In this document: one piece after another, positions 6,809 through 14,141 of the stretch
Layout: the number at the start of each line of letters is the position of its first letter
Position numbering within the stretch: the stretch's first letter is position 1
Source: an uncultured virus (IMG/VR IMGVR_UViG_3300025121_000021)
Taxonomy: Duplodnaviria; Heunggongvirae; Uroviricota; Caudoviricetes
Length of the DNA stretch: 20,000 nucleotides
IMG/VR virus record: IMGVR_UViG_3300025121_000021
Direction: 5' to 3' (one strand)
Made by a program: the position numbers and the translations under genes
The notes under the pieces: model-generated
What the model was told of the DNA's origin: nothing
The model's database searches: none
What the model saw: the letters and a program-made list of their open reading frames with translations, nothing else

Positions 6809-8769
6809 AAATAAAAGACGAGTTTCTTCACCCATATTGTAAACAGTGTCGCAAGGAGCGAATAGTTCAAGAAACTGTCGTTCTAGAAGGCAAGGTTATA
6901 CATAAAAAAGGAGACTTTGTTATCGACTGTAGTGGCATACCCAAAGATGGGTATGTACTATTTGACGGAAAAATAATCTCTGAAGACGATTTAAAAAAAG
7001 TTGGACAATTCTCTGAAGACCATATAGATTTAATAAAACAAATTGGCAACCCTGCTCATTGGGCTTACAGAAATATCATTAGACCAGATAAGACTCCTTG
7101 GGAATCACGAGTGGCTCAAAAAGGAACTGCTTGTGCTGGACTTAAATATCAAGAGATGATGCTCCGTTGTAATGCTAATCGTATAGTGTGTAGACTAGGG
7201 CGGCGCAGTGGAAAAACGGATGTCCTTGCAATTAAAGCACTTTTTTATGCTTTCACCAATTCTCCCCGAGCAAGGAGAAAAGATAAGAGCAATGAATGGG
7301 CAAGAGGCTTAAGCGAAATAATGGTTTTGTGTCCATACAAAACGCAGGTAGATGAAGTTTTCAAACGAATCCGAGAATTTATAGAAAATAGTTCTACTTT
7401 AATGAATTCTATTGCAAGAGATGTCAAAACTCCAATTCAAGAAATTGTATTTAGTAATGGATCTCGTATTAAAGGATTCTCTGCCGGATCTAATAGTAAT
7501 TCTGGTGCGGCATCTTCTCGTGGTCAAGACGTCCATTTCCTTATTATGGACGAAATGGATTATTTAAACCAAGAAGACGTAGATGCTATTAACCCTGTAT
7601 TAGGTACTGTTAAAGATGGTTGTCTACTAGGAAGTTCAACTCCCTCGGGCGCGCGTGGGATTCTTTATAACAAATCTAATGATCCTACTTATAAAGAGTT
7701 TCATTTTCCTTCTCATGTTAGCGATACATGGACGCCACAATTAGATCAAGAACATAGAGTTCAATTAACAGAGAGCGCATATCAGAGAGAAATATTGGCA
7801 CTTTTTGGAGAATTAGAAGCTGGTGTTTTTCAGCCTAAATATATTGAAAGCGCTCAGGCTCCGTATAATTATGCGACTTGTGTCCCTAATAGAAATCTTT
7901 TCTACTTTATTGGTGGAGATTGGAACGACGAAAAAAATGGTTCTACTTTCACAGTTGTAGAATTTAATCCTTTTACTGCAAGTGCTAGAAAAGTACACGA
8001 ATCTATCATCAGTAAAAAAGACTGGAACCAGTCTGCAGCAGTAAATGAAGTCATTAGGCTAAATACTTTCTGGAAACCAGAGTTTATATACTTAGACGAA
8101 GGTTATGGAGCCTACCAAATAGAAATATTAAAAACTGTTGGTATTGCGGCCTCTAACAATCCAGAACAACACAATTTACAAACCGCACGTTTAAAAGACA
8201 TTATTAAAGCTTATAATTTTTCATCTACTATTGATGTCATAGATCCTTTAACAACAGAAAAGATTAAAAAGCGCGCCAAACCGTTTCTTATTGAAAATAT
8301 AGTCCGTTTTTTTGAACAACAAAAATGTTTGATTTCAGATATCGATACAACTCTCATTAAACAAATGGGAAATTATATCATTAAACACGTATCATCTACG
8401 GGACAACCTATTTATGCTTGTAGAGATGCCAACATAGGCGACCATAGTCTTGACTCTCTAGCCTTGGCTCTAGTTGGGATTACTCTTGAGAATAGTGACC
8501 TTTTGAATATTAGAGTTACGGATACGATGCAATACATGGAAGATCATAATCTATATAAAGACAGAGAAGCAACTGGTCAAGGACGCCCAGTAAAAGATGA
8601 TATTTATAGTCGGCAATCTATAACAAATCAACCTAAAGAAAAACGGATTATTAATCATCCAGACGATTTTACAAAAGCTTCTGATGAAAAAGATGAACAT
8701 GGCAATTTTATTCAGTCATATATTGTAAAAAAACGCAATCAACCTAAGACACGTAGAACTAATTGCTAA
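6805..8769 (+). CDS. terL: Terminase large subunit
   Basis: Q motif (KYQ), Walker A GRRSGKT, RGQD, Walker B FLIMDE, coupling motif SSTP-x-G, and RNase H-like nuclease residues IGGDW, YLDEG and DHSLDS. Confidence 0.95.
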   Translation: MKIKDEFLHPYCKQCRKERIVQETVVLEGKVIHKKGDFVIDCSGIPKDGYVLFDGKIISEDDLKKVGQFSEDHIDLIKQIGNPAHWAYRNIIRPDKTPWESRVAQKGTACAGLKYQEMMLRCNANRIVCRLGRRSGKTDVLAIKALFYAFTNSPRARRKDKSNEWARGLSEIMVLCPYKTQVDEVFKRIREFIENSSTLMNSIARDVKTPIQEIVFSNGSRIKGFSAGSNSNSGAASSRGQDVHFLIMDEMDYLNQEDVDAINPVLGTVKDGCLLGSSTPSGARGILYNKSNDPTYKEFHFPSHVSDTWTPQLDQEHRVQLTESAYQREILALFGELEAGVFQPKYIESAQAPYNYATCVPNRNLFYFIGGDWNDEKNGSTFTVVEFNPFTASARKVHESIISKKDWNQSAAVNEVIRLNTFWKPEFIYLDEGYGAYQIEILKTVGIAASNNPEQHNLQTARLKDIIKAYNFSSTIDVIDPLTTEKIKKRAKPFLIENIVRFFEQQKCLISDIDTTLIKQMGNYIIKHVSSTGQPIYACRDANIGDHSLDSLALALVGITLENSDLLNIRVTDTMQYMEDHNLYKDREATGQGRPVKDDIYSRQSITNQPKEKRIINHPDDFTKASDEKDEHGNFIQSYIVKKRNQPKTRRTNC

Positions 8770-8791
8770 TTCTTCTCAAATATAGTAAAAT
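8763..8791 (+). promoter_or_regulatory. sigma70/sigmaA-type promoter for the head gene block
   Basis: TTGCTA (8763-8768), 17-bp spacer, TAAAAT (8786-8791), in a 60-bp intergenic gap. A GAGG RBS follows at 8821. Confidence 0.6.
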
Positions 8792-8829
8792 TAATACTAG
8801 TCAATAATCATCTTCTAAATGAGGATTTT

Positions 8830-9285
8830 ATGTTAAATATTTTCGAGCGAAATGTCGTTACTTCTGTTCTTCAAGAAAAAAGTGAAAATGGAGATTTTGA
8901 CAATCCTATCGTTTTCAATCCCAATGGAGACTATGGAGATAAAGTAGACAAACAACTTTATCTAACAAATGATGATGGTAATAAATACTATGTTAATGTT
9001 TTTCTTTCTGCTATCCCTAAAGAATTAGCAAGCAAAGGAAATCCTAGCTATCCTCAAGCTCCTTTTAAAGTCAAGATCTTAGTTCAAGCAGGAGAACCTA
9101 CGGAATTAGAATGGGATGCCGTAGAGCCAGGAAACATTGCTTCTGTTGGGTCTATTGGAGCGATCAGCGCACCAGATACTAGTGATCATAGTTTTTGGGT
9201 GCGGCTTGAAACTCCGGCCAATCTAAGAATCGGAGAAAACCGTAATATACAACTTCAACTTTCATTTGAAGAGTTCAGTGCATGA
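8830..9285 (+). CDS. Hypothetical, probably beta-sandwich virion protein
   Basis: 151 aa with GAGG RBS and alternating beta-strand patterns (KQLYLTN, SFWVRLETP). Confidence 0.65.
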   Translation: MLNIFERNVVTSVLQEKSENGDFDNPIVFNPNGDYGDKVDKQLYLTNDDGNKYYVNVFLSAIPKELASKGNPSYPQAPFKVKILVQAGEPTELEWDAVEPGNIASVGSIGAISAPDTSDHSFWVRLETPANLRIGENRNIQLQLSFEEFSA

Positions 9286-9743
9286 CAACTAATAAATATA
9301 TAGATGTTGTTATTATTTCTAGTCGAGGTTCTGCGGCAAAGCAGATATCCCAAGAGGATCGTTATAAACTAGAAAGGAATTTAGACTTTCAAATCAAACG
9401 TAGTGAAGTTTTAACAACTCAAACTATTCTTGATGAAAATACTATCAAAGAAGAAACGGGCGAAGATATTTTCAATCAAACAATAGAAATGGGAGAAGAG
9501 GTTTTAAAAGATTTTGATATCATTCTTAGGGAAATGGAAGATCGCGGCAAAAATCTAACCTATGTGTTTGATGAAAATAAAAAACCAGATCTTTCCGTAA
9601 GTGTTACTGCAGTATTTGGTTCGAATCTTAGAGATAGAATAACTTTTGAAATGTATAAGAAAGCTATTGAATTAAGACAAGAACTCGATCTCCTTTTAGG
9701 ACAACAACAAATGGATGGGAGTTTAACAGCTTATGCCAGTTGA
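9282..9743 (+). CDS. Hypothetical acidic helical protein
   Basis: 153-aa ORF with ATGA coupling. Confidence 0.65.
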   Translation: MTTNKYIDVVIISSRGSAAKQISQEDRYKLERNLDFQIKRSEVLTTQTILDENTIKEETGEDIFNQTIEMGEEVLKDFDIILREMEDRGKNLTYVFDENKKPDLSVSVTAVFGSNLRDRITFEMYKKAIELRQELDLLLGQQQMDGSLTAYAS

Positions 9744-10236
9744 TCCTTTAATTGCGGCTACTACAGCAGGTGAAGTTTCTAAAGATAGAGATAGTAAAAC
9801 TTTAACTAAACTTAAAGCTGATACTGACTTTCTTAAAGAAATGATGAACCGAGGTGACTGTACCGAGTGTCATAAATCTTTAAACAAAAAGATAGAAGAG
9901 ATTGAAAATAAATACGAAACTGCTTTTTTAAAGTTTAGTCTAGAAATTACAACCCAATTGCAGGCTATTATAGGAGCTTTAAATGCTGCTGTTCTAGTTC
10001 CTCCTGTTCCTTCAGATGGAGGTGCGGCAAAATTCGTAGCATTAGGTACTGCCTTGAAAACTGTTATAGGAAAAGTTAATTGGACAAAACAATCTCAACC
10101 TGTTCTAGTCGAACCTCCAAAAACGAATCAAGATAAACTCTATACTAATGCTAAAACAGAAAATACAAAATCTAAAGCAGGACTTGTTGCAGTTGAAAAT
10201 GCAACAGGTGGAAAAACTGAAGGTACAGTCGTATGA
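9733..10236 (+). CDS. Hypothetical protein with CxxC and PVPSDGGAA motif
   Basis: 167-aa ORF with a GGGAG RBS, overlapping both neighbours. Confidence 0.65.
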   Translation: MPVDPLIAATTAGEVSKDRDSKTLTKLKADTDFLKEMMNRGDCTECHKSLNKKIEEIENKYETAFLKFSLEITTQLQAIIGALNAAVLVPPVPSDGGAAKFVALGTALKTVIGKVNWTKQSQPVLVEPPKTNQDKLYTNAKTENTKSKAGLVAVENATGGKTEGTVV

Positions 10237-12125
10237 TTTCTCCTGCTTTATTAGAGATTCGCGCGCACGCGGAAAAAATCATAATAGAATACGAAGAGTT
10301 TATTCGATCTAAAGTGACAACTAGTCAAGATGCTATAAGTGTAGCTCTTTACCGAAAAACTAAAGATGCCCGCCATCTCACGTCTTTCCAAAATGATGTA
10401 GTTAAATTCTTGCGTGACCCCAATAATCCTTCTGCCTCTTTAAGTCTGTCTCCTGAAATACAAGCACAAGCCAAAGATAAAGCAACTGGAATATTAGATG
10501 TTGCTAAAGATAAAGTTAATAAAGAAATTGAAAAACTTCAAGATGCAGTTAAATCTAATTTAACCCCTGATATTGATCTTCCTGGTCAAGATACATGGGA
10601 TAAAATCATGGACTATGCAAAAGATAGAGGGAACAGTTTAAAGTGGGACAATATTAAAGAGAACTGTATTCCTTGTCTAGACCGCGATTGGGCCTTGTTC
10701 AAAGAACTTGGAGATTGGAAAAAACTAGGAAAAGATCTAGTCAAAGCAATGTTGGCTCCGTTCTTAAAATGGTATGAAGACATGAAGGCAATGATCCAGA
10801 AATTAAAGTCATTGCTAAATAATGATTTTTGGAAATTTAATATCTGTCGTTTATTGGAATTATTAAAAGACCTTTTTATGGGGCATTTTAATTGTATTCC
10901 AGATTTTATGGCGATTTTAGCCGCCTTATCTTTTCTTATGTTTCAATTGGCAAATAGCCTAAACATAGGAATGGCTTCATTAGGAATGGCGTTACTCTCT
11001 ACTTTGCTTGCTCCTTTATTCTTCAAAATATCTGCTTGGCTAAAATCTATTCTAGATAAATTAACTGCTCCCCTCGAATGCATTATCAATTCTATCGACC
11101 TCCAACTCTCTAAACTGCCAGAATTTAAACTTAAGTCTTTAGATGTAATGTTTAAAGGGACTCCAGAAACAGCTTCGAGAGAAGCTGAAGTAATTACGGC
11201 CGGTAGTGTAACTATGGCTCAACGTACAAGTGCTGATGGACAAATACGAAGAGCAGAACAAGATATGAGAGAGAAGCAAGCTAGGGATTTAGCTGAAAAA
11301 GCTAAAAATAATCCTGCTCCTCCAGAACCTAAAGAGGATTATTCAAACTGGGAAAAGAAAAGTGAAGCGGCATTTCACCAAAAATTGATTGACCGGATCA
11401 ATATGCCACAAAGAGCGGAAAACCTAACTCAAACAAATAAAGCCGCGACCCAAAGAATGGTAGATGACTGGGCAGTATTAAGTGAAACATCTATGGATAA
11501 TGTTGCTTCCATATTATGGGTAGTCCGAGACGCAATTAAAACTTCCAAAGAATCAATCGTAACTTACGTGGCAAGTCTAGAAAGAATGTTGGCCGATATC
11601 CAATCTTCTCTTAAATCTCAGTTAGAAGAAGATTATAAAATTCTAACAACTATCCAAAGAATTATTAGTCTCATTACCCTTCTTAAGACCCTCAAGGAAA
11701 TATGGGACAAAGGACTAAAATTTTGTGATAAAGATAAATCAGATATTAGCAATGAAGAGATCGCCAATGAATTAGTAAAAAAGGGATATTTTATAGAAGG
11801 AGGAACTAGCAACAGAAATAATCCTATTTCAGTAGAAGAACTTTATAGTCCAGAATCTAAAATCAATTGGACTCCTATTGATAATTCTTCTTCTCCTGAG
11901 GAATTTTCTCCTCCCACTGAAGAAGAAATAAGAGACGGATTGGCCACCGATGGTCAGATAGATTTAACAACAGGATTAAAATTAAAAGTTGTGACTAATC
12001 CTTCAGGATTTAGTTCTTATCAGTTAGTCGTTAATCCAAAGACTTTTAAATGTACCGGCTCTCTAAGTAAATCTGAGTTTGCCGAGTTGAGACAAATGAT
12101 GAGTGAATTACAAGGTGTAAAATGA
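10233..12125 (+). CDS. Large helical hypothetical protein with hydrophobic segment and Cys pairs
   Basis: 630 aa containing CIPC, NIC and NCIPD, a long uncharged stretch 'FMAILAALSFLMFQLANSLNIGMASLGMALLSTLLAPLFF', and coiled-coil-like regions. ATGA overlaps at both ends. Confidence 0.7.
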   Translation: MISPALLEIRAHAEKIIIEYEEFIRSKVTTSQDAISVALYRKTKDARHLTSFQNDVVKFLRDPNNPSASLSLSPEIQAQAKDKATGILDVAKDKVNKEIEKLQDAVKSNLTPDIDLPGQDTWDKIMDYAKDRGNSLKWDNIKENCIPCLDRDWALFKELGDWKKLGKDLVKAMLAPFLKWYEDMKAMIQKLKSLLNNDFWKFNICRLLELLKDLFMGHFNCIPDFMAILAALSFLMFQLANSLNIGMASLGMALLSTLLAPLFFKISAWLKSILDKLTAPLECIINSIDLQLSKLPEFKLKSLDVMFKGTPETASREAEVITAGSVTMAQRTSADGQIRRAEQDMREKQARDLAEKAKNNPAPPEPKEDYSNWEKKSEAAFHQKLIDRINMPQRAENLTQTNKAATQRMVDDWAVLSETSMDNVASILWVVRDAIKTSKESIVTYVASLERMLADIQSSLKSQLEEDYKILTTIQRIISLITLLKTLKEIWDKGLKFCDKDKSDISNEEIANELVKKGYFIEGGTSNRNNPISVEELYSPESKINWTPIDNSSSPEEFSPPTEEEIRDGLATDGQIDLTTGLKLKVVTNPSGFSSYQLVVNPKTFKCTGSLSKSEFAELRQMMSELQGVK

Positions 12126-14140
12126 TAGAGCCTATTACCAAGTTATATTTAAACAAGTATTCTCTGTTAGATGCGCCTGCTGCTGTTTATACTGTAAGGA
12201 CTATTGCTGACCTCAAACCTGAACGTAAAAAGGTTGAAGGATTTATTGAAAATTCTGATATGTTCAGAAGTCCAGAATATAATTTTGCAGAAAATGGAAA
12301 GGCCGCAGATGTTGAAAGTCTAGTTAAACGATCTATAGAACTTAAACATACCTTGATGTTTAAGGAAGGGTATGTATTAGTCGGTTCAAATGCAGATCGA
12401 GTCGATTATATTAGAGAGCGTTTTCGTCAGTTGGGTGTTGCTCAACAACAACCAATGGACTTATTAATTCGAGAATTAGCGCGCTCTTTTTTCAGAAATA
12501 GTAACGCTTTTGCATTAAAAGTTCGTAACGCAAAAAATTCTGGTGGCAAAGTCAGAAAAGCTAATGGAAAAGATATTCAACCGATTTCTGCTCTTTTCGA
12601 AATTCCTTCTGAAACAATTTGTTATAAGAAGAAGAATAATCAAGTAGTAGCCTGGGGTCAAGACCCTCGGACATTAGATGGTTCTGATCAAGTATTATGG
12701 TCTACTTATACAGTCAGCAATAGAGACTCAGGTGTATGGGGTCCAGGTGACGTTCTACATTTCTATAGAAGTCGCAAAGCAGGGTTTGTTCTTGGAACTC
12801 CTGATTTAGTCCCTATCCTTGACGATATTCGTGCTCTCAGGCGTATAGAACAAAATGTTGAATTATTAATTTATCAACACATTTATCCTTTATATCATTA
12901 TCGGATTGGTACCGATGGAATGCCAGCGCGAGAAAATAAAGGAACAGATGGATATGATGAAATTGAGCGCGCAAAAGTTAAGATAGAAGATATTCCACCT
13001 GAAGGAATGTTTATTACCTCTCATCGACATGAAATAAGAGCTATTGGAGCAGAAGGAAAAGCGTTAGAAGTCCAAGAATACTTACAGTATTTCCTTAAGC
13101 GCGTAATTATAGGGTTAGGAATATCTGAGGTAGACCTCGGTCTTGGAGATTCGGCAAATAGATCTACAGCGGAAAATATTTCTAAGAATTTAGTTGACCT
13201 TGTAAAAGGTGTCCAGCGTGAATTCGAGATATTCATGAATGAGAATTTTATCTACGAGCTTCTATTGGAAGGTGGGTTCTCTGATCCTCTTTCAAAAGAT
13301 AATATAGTGCATTTTCGTTTTAATGAAATCGATATAGACAAAAAGATTAAATTAGAAAATCACGAAATGACACTTTATCAAGGCGGTTTGACAACTCAGG
13401 ACGAAGCACGAGTGCAATTAGGTAGAGATGTATTGAATGAAAGACAGCAAAAAGAAACATTCGTTTATTTAGTCGAGATTCCTAAATTAAAGGTAAAACT
13501 AGAAACAAATGTAAATAAGACAGAAGGTGCAAGCAAAATGGCAACTTCTAGAGCAAAGCCTAGAAATCAACATACAGATTTTATGGATAGTGCCACAGAT
13601 TCAGTAATATCAGAGTTAGTAAAAGAACTTAAAGATATGTCAAATTATTCATCTTCTAAAGATTGGAAGAGAATAATTATTGAAATGGCTGCCAGCAATT
13701 TAGCTGATATTTATCATGAGAATGTCTTGCTGACATTCAAAAATAACCTTAGACATCATGATCTAAAAAAATCAGAAGTTCAATCTATGATAGGTATTGC
13801 GCAAAAAGAGATGGATAAAATCGTCTTGAGTTCTTTAGAATATTTCGCGACTAAATTGAGAAAAAAATTAGAAACAAATACTTTAATAGATTCTATTGAT
13901 AGTCTTGATTATATGATTAAATTCCTTAATAATACTGTTCCTGCACAAACAAAAAATTATATAGTAGTCTTAGATCAGAGATTATTAGGTAAAGATTATG
14001 TTAAAATAGTAGCTTCGGATGGATGTCAAACTTGTCTAGATTATAAAGACAAGTTATTATATATAAAGAATGGGGTTAGTGTAACCGACATCCCTCCATG
14101 GCATTTTAATTGTAAATGTGAAATTACACCAGTAGGTTAA
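12122..14140 (+). CDS. Portal protein with C-terminal MuF/SPP1 gp7-like domain
   Basis: Positioned before the protease. Portal-like segments include NAFALKVR, DVLHF...GTPDL, 'IIGLGISEVDLG..DSANRSTA', 'FRFNEID' and 'GLTTQDEAR.QLG'. The C-terminal CQTC...PPWHFNCKC matches the Mu F motif. Confidence 0.85.
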   Translation: MIEPITKLYLNKYSLLDAPAAVYTVRTIADLKPERKKVEGFIENSDMFRSPEYNFAENGKAADVESLVKRSIELKHTLMFKEGYVLVGSNADRVDYIRERFRQLGVAQQQPMDLLIRELARSFFRNSNAFALKVRNAKNSGGKVRKANGKDIQPISALFEIPSETICYKKKNNQVVAWGQDPRTLDGSDQVLWSTYTVSNRDSGVWGPGDVLHFYRSRKAGFVLGTPDLVPILDDIRALRRIEQNVELLIYQHIYPLYHYRIGTDGMPARENKGTDGYDEIERAKVKIEDIPPEGMFITSHRHEIRAIGAEGKALEVQEYLQYFLKRVIIGLGISEVDLGLGDSANRSTAENISKNLVDLVKGVQREFEIFMNENFIYELLLEGGFSDPLSKDNIVHFRFNEIDIDKKIKLENHEMTLYQGGLTTQDEARVQLGRDVLNERQQKETFVYLVEIPKLKVKLETNVNKTEGASKMATSRAKPRNQHTDFMDSATDSVISELVKELKDMSNYSSSKDWKRIIIEMAASNLADIYHENVLLTFKNNLRHHDLKKSEVQSMIGIAQKEMDKIVLSSLEYFATKLRKKLETNTLIDSIDSLDYMIKFLNNTVPAQTKNYIVVLDQRLLGKDYVKIVASDGCQTCLDYKDKLLYIKNGVSVTDIPPWHFNCKCEITPVG

Positions 14141-14141
14141 A

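Noticed and set aside
6805..8769. Intein or intron in TerL
   Set aside because: The ATPase and nuclease motifs are contiguous with normal spacing, and no intein-like C...HN splice boundaries or LAGLIDADG motif were seen.
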